DNA from: Candidatus Campbellbacteria bacterium CG22_combo_CG10-13_8_21_14_all_43_18 | Lineage (GTDB): Bacteria; Patescibacteriota; Minisyncoccia; Phycocordibacterales; GCA-002724975 | Assembly (NCBI GenBank): GCA_002771565.1 | Contig: PCTS01000034.1 | Coordinates: 877 to 38,088 of the forward strand | Direction: 5' to 3' | DNA: 37,212 nt | Shown: positions 8,219-18,100 of the stretch, piece by piece | Numbering within the stretch: position 1 is the stretch's first letter | Layout: every line of letters begins with the position of its first letter | Notes under the pieces: model-generated | What the model was told of the DNA's origin: nothing | Seen by the model: only the letters and a program-made list of their open reading frames with translations | The model's database searches: none | Made by a program: the position numbers and the translations under genes

Positions 8219-8561
8219 CAGTGCCCTGAACGGGAATCCCAAAAAACGGAGTGAGCAGGCAAAAGCCGCCGAACGAGTAATTTCCGACGACGGAAACCCC
8301 CGGCCTAAGCATAAATTCCTTGTAAAGTTTGGACCGCCCGGTTTGAAAGAGAAAAACACCGGAGGAGGGCGGGGAAACTACCAAGGCCACGCCGCCGTTT
8401 AAACAGGGAGTGGCAAAAGTTATTTTCCCTCCGAAGGAGCCGAGAGAAAAAGAAAAGGGGGCGGCCGAGGCAAGGGGCGGAATCGTAAAAAAAAGAAGGA
8501 CGCAAACAACCAAGAAGAAAGCGGTTTTTTTCTTTTTGAAAAGAATTACTCCGGAAAACAT
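8190..8561 (-). CDS. Small exported hypothetical protein
   Basis: 123 aa with a signal-peptide-like N-terminus (KKKKTAFFLVVCVLLFFTIPPLASA) and two Cys in the mature part. Extended -10 TGaTATTAT lies 6 nt before the ATG. Confidence 0.65.
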   Translation of the reverse strand: MFSGVILFKKKKTAFFLVVCVLLFFTIPPLASAAPFSFSLGSFGGKITFATPCLNGGVALVVSPPSSGVFLFQTGRSKLYKEFMLRPGVSVVGNYSFGGFCLLTPFFGIPVQGTVRNIGTSSF

Positions 8562-8588
8562 AAAGAGATAATATCACAACCTCCGCTC

Positions 8589-8641
8589 TTATCCACAAGC
8601 ATAAAAAAGCTTGTGATTGCTTCGTTTTTGTCTGATATAAT
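8589..8641 (+). promoter_or_regulatory. Consensus DnaA box and -10 element upstream of the T4SS-like cluster
   Basis: TTATCCACA at 8589-8597; TGaTATAAT with TATAAT at 8636-8641. Confidence 0.55.
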
Positions 8642-8665
8642 TACCCAGAGTGCCGTGAGAAAGAA

Positions 8666-9628
8666 ATGAGATTTTTACCAAGCAAAAAAGTTATCTTGCC
8701 GGTTTTGTTTGTTGTAGCTGCTTTGACCATAGCAAGCGTTTTACAAAAAGAAGAAAGGCCCTCCGCCCAAGGCTCAAAACAAAATTTGGACGAAGATTTG
8801 TCGGCAAAATACGAGGAGCTTCAAAAAGTGGCGGCCAAAGACTTGGATAAAGACGGCCTGCCGGACTGGGAAGAGGCTCTCTGGGGAACGGGCCCGAACA
8901 ACCCAGATTCGGACGGGGACGGCCTTTCGGACGGAGAGGAAGTAAGGGCGGGAAGAGACCCGAAGAAAGCCGGGCCGGACGACAAGCTCCCCAAAAAAGA
9001 CAGCCCGCCGGAAGAAGAGGAGGGTCTCTCGGCAACGGAAAAATTCGGACGGGACCTTTTTACCGGATACGCGGAACTTTCAACAAACCCCGTTTTCCGG
9101 GGAGATAAGTCCGAAGCTCTTTACAATTTTTTAGCCGCAAACATTTCTGCCGTGCCGGAAGCGGAAGAATACCGCCTCTCGGAGCTCAAGATTTCGGAAA
9201 AAACGAATGAAACAACCTTAAAAAATTACGGCAACCAGCTGGCTCTGAATCTGAAAAAGGGAGGAGGGCAAAATGAGCTTCGGGAGATAGCCAGAATTTT
9301 TGAAACGGAAGGGGCTCTCGGAATTCCGGAACTTCTGGAGATTATCGGTCTGAACAAAGAAATTCTGTCGGAAAACTTATTCATCGGAGTGCCCGCCGAA
9401 ATAGCTGGCCTGCATCTCTTTCTGATTAATAACCATAACAAGGTCATAGACGGCATGCTGAAGATAACGGAAATAAAAAACGACCCGCTTATGGCGGTTC
9501 TCGGACTCGGAAGTTATTCAAAAAGCTCGGAAGCTTTCTTGGAGGCCATAGGCGACCTGAAAGACTATCTTTCCGCCAAGGGCGTTGTATTCAAGACGGA
9601 CGAGCCGGGAGTGATTTTAAATAAGTAA
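8666..9628 (+). CDS. Membrane-anchored protein with thrombospondin type-3-like Ca-binding repeats
   Basis: N-terminal TM segment; DLDKDGLPDWEEALWGTGPNNPDSDGDGLSDGEEV. Confidence 0.85.
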   Translation: MRFLPSKKVILPVLFVVAALTIASVLQKEERPSAQGSKQNLDEDLSAKYEELQKVAAKDLDKDGLPDWEEALWGTGPNNPDSDGDGLSDGEEVRAGRDPKKAGPDDKLPKKDSPPEEEEGLSATEKFGRDLFTGYAELSTNPVFRGDKSEALYNFLAANISAVPEAEEYRLSELKISEKTNETTLKNYGNQLALNLKKGGGQNELREIARIFETEGALGIPELLEIIGLNKEILSENLFIGVPAEIAGLHLFLINNHNKVIDGMLKITEIKNDPLMAVLGLGSYSKSSEAFLEAIGDLKDYLSAKGVVFKTDEPGVILNK

Positions 9629-9635
9629 CAAAGAA

Positions 9636-11693
9636 ATGACGAGAGCAAAAATGACAAGAGCAAAAAAAATAATCCTGACATTTTTGATAATTCTTTCGGG
9701 AATGACCTCTTTCGTCTCTTTCTCCCCAAAAGCCGAGGCCATAGACACCAAGACCTTGCTTGGGGGCGCGGGAGGTGTGGCTCTCCACTGCGCGGGAGTG
9801 CTGGACAAGATCGGGGGGTTTTTGGGAGGAATCCTTCCGGGAGGAGAAGTGCCGGTCAAAGAAAAAGCCGAAAGAAACAAAGAGGGCTGTCTGGACCAGC
9901 TGGCTTTTATCGGAGCAAATATTTTAATTGAAGAGACCATCAAATCCACGACGGACTGGATCAACGGCCGGTCGGGTGGCGGAGGACCGAAGTATGTTCA
10001 AAATGTCGGGCAATTTCTGGAGGGAGTAACCGACAAAACCATCGGCGAATATATAAACACTACGGATTTCGGCTACATCTGCGACCCCTTTAAACTCCAA
10101 ATCAAGACGCTTCTGGCCAGAGTAAATATTCCCGAAAAAAGAGCGGCTTGTACTTTGTCGGAGGTTGCTCAAAATATAGAAAACTTTATCGGCGGAGATT
10201 TTTACGATGGAGGTTGGAGCGCCTGGGGAGAGCTTGTTTCAAGAAGCAGTCCCTATAATGCCGCGACAAAAGCGGTGGCGGATCTTGAGGTTACCATCCA
10301 GGGGCAAAAAGAGATAGAACTCTCCAAACTGACCTGGGGCTCCGGGTTTTTGTCTTGGGACACTTGCCCGGGAGAAGCTTATCAGTGCAAAGCGGGAGGA
10401 ATATGGTACGACAATGTGGGAGAAGCAGAGTGCTTAAACCCGCCGCTTTTAACGGATGAAGAAACGGGCTTATTTACGGTTGAAAGGCCCGTCGGTTCCT
10501 GGCTCTGCCGAGCCGGTCTGCAGACAAACACGCCCGGAAGCGTCATAAACGAGCAGTTGAACAAAGTTTTGGGTTCGGGCCAGAACAGAATAGAGCAGGC
10601 CGATGAAATAAACGAGCTTATCAGCGGGCTTCTTTCAAAACTCATCGGTGATATTTTTTCCGACAAAGGATTGTTCGGTTTTGACCCGAGAGCAAGAGCC
10701 GGCTCGGAAGAGGAGCTCCTAAACTTTGACTCCTGCGAGAAGTACGGCATTTGCGATGCGGGAGAGACCGCGGAGGAAATTTGCGCTTACTGGAATATTT
10801 CCATAGACGAATGCGTCCCCGGAACAACGGTTGAGGTCTGCCGAGAAAGAGGGACGGGCGCGGAAAACATCGGAGTTTTCAACAACTCAAACGAAGGAAA
10901 CGGGAACCAAATCTGCGTTTTGATTAAAATTCCAAACCCCGACGAAAATCCGACAGAGGCAAAAGAGTGTTCCGACGGAATTGACAATGATGGAGACGGA
11001 AAGATTGACCTCTTTGATTCGGGGTGCCGAAATCTAAGCGATAATACGGAAGCAAGCGAGGCGGGAGAAACCGCTCCTCCGGCCTGCTCTGACGGAAAAG
11101 ACAACGACTCCGACGGTTTGATAGATTTCCCGGCTGATTCCGGGTGCTTGGGAGCGGGAGACAAAAGCGAAAAAGAGGGCGATGGAGACAATGATAATAA
11201 TGATAATGGCGGCGGGGGAAGCACGAGCTTCAGCGGAGACAACCCTTCGCCGAAGGCCCCCAAGACCTTAAATGACGTCGTCTGGCTCCATACGAATATC
11301 AGCGCTTGGAAAGAAGCATCCAAACTGAACAAGTCAAATATTTCCATTAAAGAAGGAGAAATCTGTTTGGACCACACAAAGAAAGGGCTTTGGCCGGAGA
11401 AAGACGGGGTTGAAGGGAACCCCTGGGTTCTGGCTTCAATTGAAGGCAAGTGGTATGCAGGGACATATGAGTGGTTGCGCCCCGGGCAGGTCTGCAAAGA
11501 ACTTAGCTCAAATCCGCCCGCAAGCACCGTCAAAGAGCTCATCGGCCCGCATGTCAAAGCCTCCCCTCTCCAAAACTGGAAACCAAGAAAGGGCGAGCTC
11601 GTCGGTTTTATGGTAAGCGCCCTAGCCAGAGACGGCTCTCTTAGAAATGTTCAGGAAAGAACGAACGCGGTTTTTATTGAATGGCCGTTTTGA
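9636..11693 (+). CDS. Large exported Cys-rich modular protein of the T4SS-like cluster
   Basis: Signal peptide (..PKAEA), helical N-terminal domain, two CSDG[IK]DND[GS]DG.ID repeats, a D/N/G linker and a Trp-rich C-terminal domain. Confidence 0.85.
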   Translation: MTRAKMTRAKKIILTFLIILSGMTSFVSFSPKAEAIDTKTLLGGAGGVALHCAGVLDKIGGFLGGILPGGEVPVKEKAERNKEGCLDQLAFIGANILIEETIKSTTDWINGRSGGGGPKYVQNVGQFLEGVTDKTIGEYINTTDFGYICDPFKLQIKTLLARVNIPEKRAACTLSEVAQNIENFIGGDFYDGGWSAWGELVSRSSPYNAATKAVADLEVTIQGQKEIELSKLTWGSGFLSWDTCPGEAYQCKAGGIWYDNVGEAECLNPPLLTDEETGLFTVERPVGSWLCRAGLQTNTPGSVINEQLNKVLGSGQNRIEQADEINELISGLLSKLIGDIFSDKGLFGFDPRARAGSEEELLNFDSCEKYGICDAGETAEEICAYWNISIDECVPGTTVEVCRERGTGAENIGVFNNSNEGNGNQICVLIKIPNPDENPTEAKECSDGIDNDGDGKIDLFDSGCRNLSDNTEASEAGETAPPACSDGKDNDSDGLIDFPADSGCLGAGDKSEKEGDGDNDNNDNGGGGSTSFSGDNPSPKAPKTLNDVVWLHTNISAWKEASKLNKSNISIKEGEICLDHTKKGLWPEKDGVEGNPWVLASIEGKWYAGTYEWLRPGQVCKELSSNPPASTVKELIGPHVKASPLQNWKPRKGELVGFMVSALARDGSLRNVQERTNAVFIEWPF

Positions 11694-11695
11694 AA

Positions 11696-13921
11696 ATGAA
11701 AAATCTTCTTCAGAAAAAAATAAAGAGTGTTTTGAGATGCTGGCCTTATCTGCTTCTTTTGCTGTTTGTCTTCATTCCCGCGGGAGAGGCGAGCGCGAAG
11801 TTTGAGATTGGGGCTATTCCCGTTATCGGCCCAGGCCTCGCTCTCTTTGAGTGGGCCACCGGCGGCAGTATCGCCGAACAGATATTTGCTTCTCTGGCTA
11901 ATTTGCTTTTGGCTTTCTTTGGAAGATTTTTGGAAATGGCCGGAATTTTCTTGAACTTTGCCATTGTTATGACCGTTCAGAAAATGTCAATCTTTATCAA
12001 CCACAACGAGGGCATTAAGGTGGCCTGGGAGGTTATCAGGGACATTTTGAATATCGGTTTTATCTTTACAATCGTCTATATCGGAGTTTCGACCATTCTG
12101 CGACTAGGAAGCAATCTGAAAAAAACCCTGGTGAATGTCATTGTGGCCGCGCTTTTGGTTAACTTCAGTTTTTTCTTTACCGGAGTTTTAATTGACGCTT
12201 CAAACATAACAACCTTGAGCGTTTACAATCAAATCAAAAATGTCCAGGCGAATACGGGGCATCCTTTTGTTGAGGGGATTGGTTTTTCATCCGAGGTTGA
12301 GGCGGGTGGGTCCGGGGAAGAGGTTTCAAACGCGGACCTTTCGCGCGGTATTGATATAGTGAATGTCGGAATATCCGGTATTTTTATGCAACATCTGAAA
12401 ATGCAGACTATTTTTAGCTTGGATTCCGATGTTCGGAAGGCGGCCAGTGCGAATTCATTGGAGTCAAGCAGTATAGTGCTGATTTCCATATTCGCAAGCA
12501 TTATCATTTTCATATTGACTTTTGTTTTTCTTACGGTGGCTCTTCTTCTTTTAATGAGGCTGGTTATACTCATCATTCTGATGATTCTCTCGCCGGTGGG
12601 CTTTGCCGGCTGGGCCATACAAGGAATGAAGAGCTGGTCGGACCAATGGTGGAAGGCCTTGTGGAGCCAGCTTCTTTTTGCTCCGCTCTATATGATTTTG
12701 ACTCTTGTCATTATTCTCATAATCGGCAATCCCGGATTTAAGTCCGCTTTGGCCGGGGTTTTCAATTACACGCCGGAGGAGTTCAGTTTGGCCAGTTTCA
12801 ATGACGCCATTATCGGCGGGCTGGCGAATGACATGATTGTTTTTGTCAACTACACCATTATTCTCGGTCTAATCATCAGCTCCATTGTTCTGGCAAAACA
12901 AACCTCGGCTTCAGGCGGTGGGCAAATCACGGTTTGGACGAATAGGCTCGGCGGATTTATCGGCAAAAGACAAAAACAGGCCCAAGGGCTCATTGGCCGG
13001 AACACCGTAGGCCGAGCGGCCGAGTTTGTGGGAGGAAAGGCGGAGAAATTCAGAAAAACCCAAGAAGAAAGCGGGGATTACAGCGATGATTTCGCGGGTC
13101 GCCTAACTCTTAGGGCGGTAACGGGCCTGGCGCGCGGTCTGGAAACTGCGGCAGGCAAAGGCCGCTCTGCCAAATTTGGAGGAGAGATCTCAAGAAAAGA
13201 CGCGACTGAAGCCGGAACAAGGAGATTAAGAGAGGGCCTTAAAAAGAGGGCGAGTGATCCGGAGGCGCAAGCCAGATTCTTAAGGAACTTGAGCCCGGGA
13301 GAACAGCAAAAGGCGCATAGCGAGATGAGCCACAGAAACAGAGCGGCTCTGGAAAACTCTCTTCGGGAGAGGTGGCAAGAGGAGGGGCTTTCCTTGGAAG
13401 AAATAGAAGGACGCATAAACAATCTAAGAAGCCGGTTGAGCGTTGAAGATAAAGAAAAAACGGACGAGGGCGGAAGGAAGGCTTTAAATGAGGCCCAAGC
13501 GAGAGAACGGGAAGCGAACCTGAAGATAGCCCTTGGAATTTCTCCCGGGGGCGAAGAGGAGAGGAGAGGGCCGGCTGAAGCCATCAGGTTAATGGACGAA
13601 ATGGATGACAAAGAATTTAAAGATCTGGGCGGAGAGATATTTACCACCGGAAGCGGAGCGGAAACAGAGGTCAGAAGAGAGATTCTGGACAGACTGCAAG
13701 TTTCGGACTTCGGAATCCTGCAGAGGTCGGAGAAATTAAACAGAACGCAAAAAGCCAGAATCGGAGCCTACATTTGGGAGAAAGCGGACAGGAGTAGAGG
13801 AAACGACCCGGTCTTCCAGTCTTATCTGAGAGGGCCGGCCGGAAACCATTGGCTTAACCCGGAAAATGTGGTTCTGCCGAGCGCGGGGAATGAAGACAGG
13901 CCCGGCGGGCTACGAACGTAA
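11696..13921 (+). CDS. Polytopic membrane protein, VirB6/TrbL-like, with a charged cytoplasmic tail
   Basis: Many TM helices, WEVIRDILNIGFIF, IVAALLVNFSFFF, RLVILIILMILSPVGF, WSDQWWKALWSQLLFAP; located in a VirB4 cluster. Start is 11681 or 11696. Confidence 0.75.
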   Translation: MKNLLQKKIKSVLRCWPYLLLLLFVFIPAGEASAKFEIGAIPVIGPGLALFEWATGGSIAEQIFASLANLLLAFFGRFLEMAGIFLNFAIVMTVQKMSIFINHNEGIKVAWEVIRDILNIGFIFTIVYIGVSTILRLGSNLKKTLVNVIVAALLVNFSFFFTGVLIDASNITTLSVYNQIKNVQANTGHPFVEGIGFSSEVEAGGSGEEVSNADLSRGIDIVNVGISGIFMQHLKMQTIFSLDSDVRKAASANSLESSSIVLISIFASIIIFILTFVFLTVALLLLMRLVILIILMILSPVGFAGWAIQGMKSWSDQWWKALWSQLLFAPLYMILTLVIILIIGNPGFKSALAGVFNYTPEEFSLASFNDAIIGGLANDMIVFVNYTIILGLIISSIVLAKQTSASGGGQITVWTNRLGGFIGKRQKQAQGLIGRNTVGRAAEFVGGKAEKFRKTQEESGDYSDDFAGRLTLRAVTGLARGLETAAGKGRSAKFGGEISRKDATEAGTRRLREGLKKRASDPEAQARFLRNLSPGEQQKAHSEMSHRNRAALENSLRERWQEEGLSLEEIEGRINNLRSRLSVEDKEKTDEGGRKALNEAQAREREANLKIALGISPGGEEERRGPAEAIRLMDEMDDKEFKDLGGEIFTTGSGAETEVRREILDRLQVSDFGILQRSEKLNRTQKARIGAYIWEKADRSRGNDPVFQSYLRGPAGNHWLNPENVVLPSAGNEDRPGGLRT

Positions 13922-13965
13922 ATAAGATTCTCGGATTCAAGTTCATCAAGCGCAACATAAAAAAT

Positions 13966-14664
13966 ATGAAAAAATACGACACCGAAGAATTAAACGATAT
14001 CTTTGACAGACTGCCGGAACCCCTGCGGGAAGCCATTTCTTCGGTTGAAACGGCCGATAAGCTTGAAGATATCAGAAAGAAATTCGGCCTGCATGTGGAC
14101 CAAGCCGGGAAACTGGGGAGCGAGACCGGTTTTGTTCTTCTGGGACTCGTGCCGATAAAAGAGTTTCGCCGAAATGTAAAAAGAAAGCTCGGTATTGATG
14201 AAGAGCTGACGGAAAAAATCGTCCGGGCCGTTGACGAGAAAATTTTGAGCGATGTCAGAGAAAGCCTAAAAAACTTAACCTCGGGCCCGGAAATAATTCC
14301 CCCGAAGCATGATGAGGAAAACTTGAACAGAGAAGAGGTTTTGAGAGAGTTGGAAGAAGAAAGCCGAGACGAAGAAGCCAAGGCCCGGACAGAGGATAGG
14401 CCGAAAGAAGACGCTCTTTCTCCGGCGGAGGCCAAAGATTTTCTGGCAGGGAATATTGAGAGAGGGGAGACCGCGGAAGAAAAGAGGGAGGAAAAACAAG
14501 AACAAGAAACGCCGCCCGCAAAAGAGGAATTTTTTGAAGAAAAGCTCCGGAGCCGGAGCGAGGGCGGTTTTTCTTCGGCCAAGTCCGAAGAGAAAAAAGG
14601 GGAGATAAAAATTATTCAAAAAAGTTACAAGGGCGGAGACCCCTACAGAGAGCCGATTGAATAA
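13966..14664 (+). CDS. Hypothetical cytoplasmic protein
   Basis: 232 aa with a helical N-terminal domain, an acidic low-complexity linker and a C-terminal DPYREPIE; in operon. Confidence 0.8.
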   Translation: MKKYDTEELNDIFDRLPEPLREAISSVETADKLEDIRKKFGLHVDQAGKLGSETGFVLLGLVPIKEFRRNVKRKLGIDEELTEKIVRAVDEKILSDVRESLKNLTSGPEIIPPKHDEENLNREEVLRELEEESRDEEAKARTEDRPKEDALSPAEAKDFLAGNIERGETAEEKREEKQEQETPPAKEEFFEEKLRSRSEGGFSSAKSEEKKGEIKIIQKSYKGGDPYREPIE

Positions 14665-14714
14665 ATTTTGCAATTCACGGCCTAAAAATTTTACTTTTTG
14701 AAAAAACAACGAAA

Positions 14715-15122
14715 ATGGCAAGACACCAAGTACCGCAATTTATAGAAGTTGAAGACAAAATTTTCGGTCCGCTCTCCTTCAAGCAGTTTATTTATCTCTT
14801 GGGAGGTGCTGGTTTTACTTTTATCATGTTCCGGGTCTTTCCGCTCTTTTTGGCTCTGCTTTTTGCGGCGCCGGTCATCGCTCTTAGCCTTTCTTTGGCT
14901 TTTTATAAAATAAACAGCAAGCCTTTTATTTTTACGCTGGAAGCGGGATTTAAATATATAATGAATGCCAAGCTCTATATATGGAAAAAAGAGCCCAAAA
15001 AACAAATTCCCAAGACGCCGGAGGAAGTCGGAGCGGAAATTTTTTCCGTGCCAAAGTTGTCGGAAAGCAAGCTGGACGACCTGGCTTGGGGTTTGGACAT
15101 TAAAGAAAAAGTTGAAGAATAA
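14715..15122 (+). CDS. PrgI family (VirB3-like) membrane protein
   Basis: QVPQFIEVEDKIFGPLSFKQF followed by two TM helices; upstream of VirB4. Confidence 0.88.
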   Translation: MARHQVPQFIEVEDKIFGPLSFKQFIYLLGGAGFTFIMFRVFPLFLALLFAAPVIALSLSLAFYKINSKPFIFTLEAGFKYIMNAKLYIWKKEPKKQIPKTPEEVGAEIFSVPKLSESKLDDLAWGLDIKEKVEE

Positions 15123-15775
15123 TGGCGGGAGAAAAACCAACACAAAATTTTTTGCCGATAAAAGAAATCCGCGATGGAGTGGTCGTTTTGAAAGACGGTT
15201 CCTTTAAAACCATTCTGCTGGCTTCTTCTTTGAATTTTGCCCTGAAGTCAAGAGACGAACAGAGCGCCATTCTTTTGCAATTCCAGAACTTTCTGAATTC
15301 TCTGGATTTCCCCGTTCAATTTTTTATCCAATCAAGAAGGTTGGACATCAGGCCCTATACCCAAACCTTGGAAGAAAGATATTCTGTCCAGAGAGACGAC
15401 CTGATGAAGCTTCAAATCAGAGAATATATATCTTTTGTCAAAGAGTTTACTTCAAACACCGACATTATGACAAAAAACTTTTTCATAGTTGTCGGATATC
15501 AGCCCCCCATTATCAATACCGACAAAGGCCTTCTCGGCCAGATTTTCAAAAAAAGAAGCGCCGCAGGAAAAACAACCGAGGATGATTTGTTCTACGAAAA
15601 CAACAGCCAGCTGGAGCAGAGAGTCGCGGTCGTCTCCCAGGGCCTGATTCGTTCCGGAGTCAGAGTCATAAAACTCGGGACGGGAGAATTGGTTGAATTA
15701 TTCTTCAAGATATTTAATCCGGGCGAACAAGGCCGGGCGGCTCGGATAACGAAAGAAACTTATGGGAATTCTTGA
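15122..15775 (+). CDS. VirB4-associated protein (resembles the N-terminal part of conjugative VirB4/TraC-like proteins)
   Basis: TQNFLPIKEIRDGVVVLKDG, SSLNFALKSRDEQ, FQNFLNSLDFPVQ; overlaps both neighbouring genes. Confidence 0.75.
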   Translation: MAGEKPTQNFLPIKEIRDGVVVLKDGSFKTILLASSLNFALKSRDEQSAILLQFQNFLNSLDFPVQFFIQSRRLDIRPYTQTLEERYSVQRDDLMKLQIREYISFVKEFTSNTDIMTKNFFIVVGYQPPIINTDKGLLGQIFKKRSAAGKTTEDDLFYENNSQLEQRVAVVSQGLIRSGVRVIKLGTGELVELFFKIFNPGEQGRAARITKETYGNS

Positions 15776-17567
15776 TTTTTTTAAAAAAAAGAAAGAGGAG
15801 GAACCCTTGACGCCGATTCTTCCGAAAGAGATATATGAATCCGGGGTTTTGGAGCTGAAAGATGTTATCGCGCCGAACGCTCTTAAAATAGGACCGCGGG
15901 AGCTTAATTTGGGAGACAAAATTGTCAGAACTTTTTTTGTCATGTCTTACCCGAGATTTCTTTCGGATAACTGGTTTGACCCCGTCATAAACCTGGATAG
16001 AGTTTTTGATGTCTCCATTTCAATAGAGCCGATAGAAACGGCCAATGTCTTGAGAAAATTTCAAAAAAAGGTGGCCGAAGTGGAAAGTCAGATAAGCGCC
16101 AGAGAGCAAAAGGGTTTGGTCAGAGACCCGATGCTTGACACGGCTTACAGAGATCTGGAGTCCTTGAGAGACCAGCTTCAGCAGGCCACGGAAAAACTTT
16201 TTGATGTCGGCCTCTATATTTCAATCTACGGAGAAACGAAGGACGAGTTGGACAAAATTGAAACGGAAATAAAGCAAATTCTGGAATCAAAACTTATTTA
16301 CATCAAACCGGCTCTCTTCCAGCAGGAACAAGGCTTTAAGAGCGTTATCCCTATCGGCAAAGACGAGCTTGATGTTAAAAACAAACTGAATTCTTCGCCT
16401 CTCTCCAGTGTCTTCCCTTTCATCTCCTTTGACCTAACCTCAAACAAAGGCGTTCTTTACGGTATAAACAGGCATAATTCCGGATTGGTTTTGTTTGACA
16501 GGTTCTCGCTTGAGAACTACAACTCGGTAACCTTCGCCACGGCCGGAGCGGGAAAATCGTTTGCCACAAAACTGGAGATACTCCGAACGCTGATGTTTGA
16601 CGCCGATGTCATCGTTATAGACCCGGAGTCGGAATATAAATATCTTTCCGAGGCAACCGGCGGCAGATTCTTTGATATTTCCCTCTCCTCCGGACACCAC
16701 ATTAACCCCTTTGACCTGCCTCCGGCCAGAAAAGACGAATCTCCGTCGGATGTCCTCCGGTCAAATATCATAAATTTGGTCGGTCTGTTCAGGTTGATGT
16801 TGGGAGGGCTTTCTCCGGAAGAAGACGCCACCGTGGACAGAGCCATCACGGAAACATACGCCTTAAAAGACATCACCCCGGAATCGGATTTTTCCAATGT
16901 GGAGCCGCCCCTTTTGTCCGATTTTGAACTCGTCCTTTCAGGAATGGAAGGAACGGAATCGTTAGTCCAAAGACTTTCAAAATATACCAAGGGAACCTGG
17001 TCGGGTTTCATCAACAGGCCGACCAATGTGGATATAAACAACAGATTCGTCGTCTTTTCCGTCAGAGATATGGAGGACGAACTCAAACCGGTAGCCATGT
17101 ACATCATCACCAACCATATTTGGAACACCGTCAGAAAAGAACTCAAGAAGAGGCTCCTGGTCATTGACGAGGCTTGGTGGATGATGAAATCCGAGGACAC
17201 GGCTTCTTTTATCTTTTCTCTGGCCAAGAGAGGCAGAAAATATTATCTTGGTCTTTCCACCATTACCCAGGATGTCGGGGACTTTCTGAAGTCCCAATAC
17301 GGACTGCCGATTATCACAAATTCCTCAATCCAACTTCTCTTGAAACAATCGCCTTCGTCCATTGATCAGGTTCAAAAAACCTTTAACCTGACGGAGGAAG
17401 AAAAATATCTCCTTTTGGAGTCGGCGGTTGGGGAGGGAATATTCTTCGCCGGCCTCAAGCATGTGGCCATAAAAATCATTCCCTCATACACGGAAGAGCA
17501 GATTATTACATCAGATCCCTCGCAATTATTAGCCATTCAAAAAGAAAGAGAAAAATTGGATGGATAA
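15762..17567 (+). CDS. virB4: VirB4-family type IV secretion ATPase
   Basis: YGINRHNSGLVLFDRF, Walker A ATAGAGKS, VIDPESEY, INPFDL, Walker B LLVIDEAW, KRGRKY, TITQDVGDF. Confidence 0.92.
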   Translation: MGILDFFKKKKEEEPLTPILPKEIYESGVLELKDVIAPNALKIGPRELNLGDKIVRTFFVMSYPRFLSDNWFDPVINLDRVFDVSISIEPIETANVLRKFQKKVAEVESQISAREQKGLVRDPMLDTAYRDLESLRDQLQQATEKLFDVGLYISIYGETKDELDKIETEIKQILESKLIYIKPALFQQEQGFKSVIPIGKDELDVKNKLNSSPLSSVFPFISFDLTSNKGVLYGINRHNSGLVLFDRFSLENYNSVTFATAGAGKSFATKLEILRTLMFDADVIVIDPESEYKYLSEATGGRFFDISLSSGHHINPFDLPPARKDESPSDVLRSNIINLVGLFRLMLGGLSPEEDATVDRAITETYALKDITPESDFSNVEPPLLSDFELVLSGMEGTESLVQRLSKYTKGTWSGFINRPTNVDINNRFVVFSVRDMEDELKPVAMYIITNHIWNTVRKELKKRLLVIDEAWWMMKSEDTASFIFSLAKRGRKYYLGLSTITQDVGDFLKSQYGLPIITNSSIQLLLKQSPSSIDQVQKTFNLTEEEKYLLLESAVGEGIFFAGLKHVAIKIIPSYTEEQIITSDPSQLLAIQKEREKLDG

Positions 17568-18096
17568 GGAAGAAAGAGAAAGACATAGCCTGGGCCGCAA
17601 AAAGAAGAGGGTTCGGATGGGCGCGGCCTTTTTGATGATTTTTCTTGCCCTGGCCTTTGACGCTCTCCAAGCCTTATTGCTTTTTCTTTTCGGTACGGGG
17701 CTCTTTCTTAATAGAATAGTTACCATTGTGGCCTGGGCCATTTTCGCTTTTTGGTTTTGGATGAAAGATGTAAAAATCTTGAGCTTTGAGAGCAAGGGTC
17801 TTTCAAAATTTATCCCCGGCGCCGTTTCTTTCGTTTCTGAAATGGTGCCGGTAATCGGCGCCCTTCCCGGCCTGACCGCGGGAGTTGCGGTTATTATAAT
17901 GATAACTTACTTTGAGGATGAAACCGGGCTTAACCTAAAAGAAGTAACGGGCGGAGTTTTTCCGAAAGTCGGCGGGGCAACGGGAGAAAGAATTCCGGCT
18001 AGGAACAAGGAAGGCGGGCGAGGTATAATTAAAAGCGCCGACGGACGAGAGAGAGCGCTTAAAAGAAATTCAGGAAAAAGAAGGCCGGCAAGTTAA
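17560..18096 (+). CDS. Hypothetical membrane protein
   Basis: 178 aa with about 3-4 hydrophobic segments; overlaps the virB4 stop. Confidence 0.8.
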   Translation: MDKEERERHSLGRKKKRVRMGAAFLMIFLALAFDALQALLLFLFGTGLFLNRIVTIVAWAIFAFWFWMKDVKILSFESKGLSKFIPGAVSFVSEMVPVIGALPGLTAGVAVIIMITYFEDETGLNLKEVTGGVFPKVGGATGERIPARNKEGGRGIIKSADGRERALKRNSGKRRPAS

Positions 18097-18100
18097 AGAG

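Noticed and set aside
10787..14721. Long antisense ORFs (10787-11557, 13078-13647, 13854-14582 and similar ones elsewhere)
   Set aside because: They are Ser/Phe/Leu-rich shadows of purine-rich sense genes and have no motifs.
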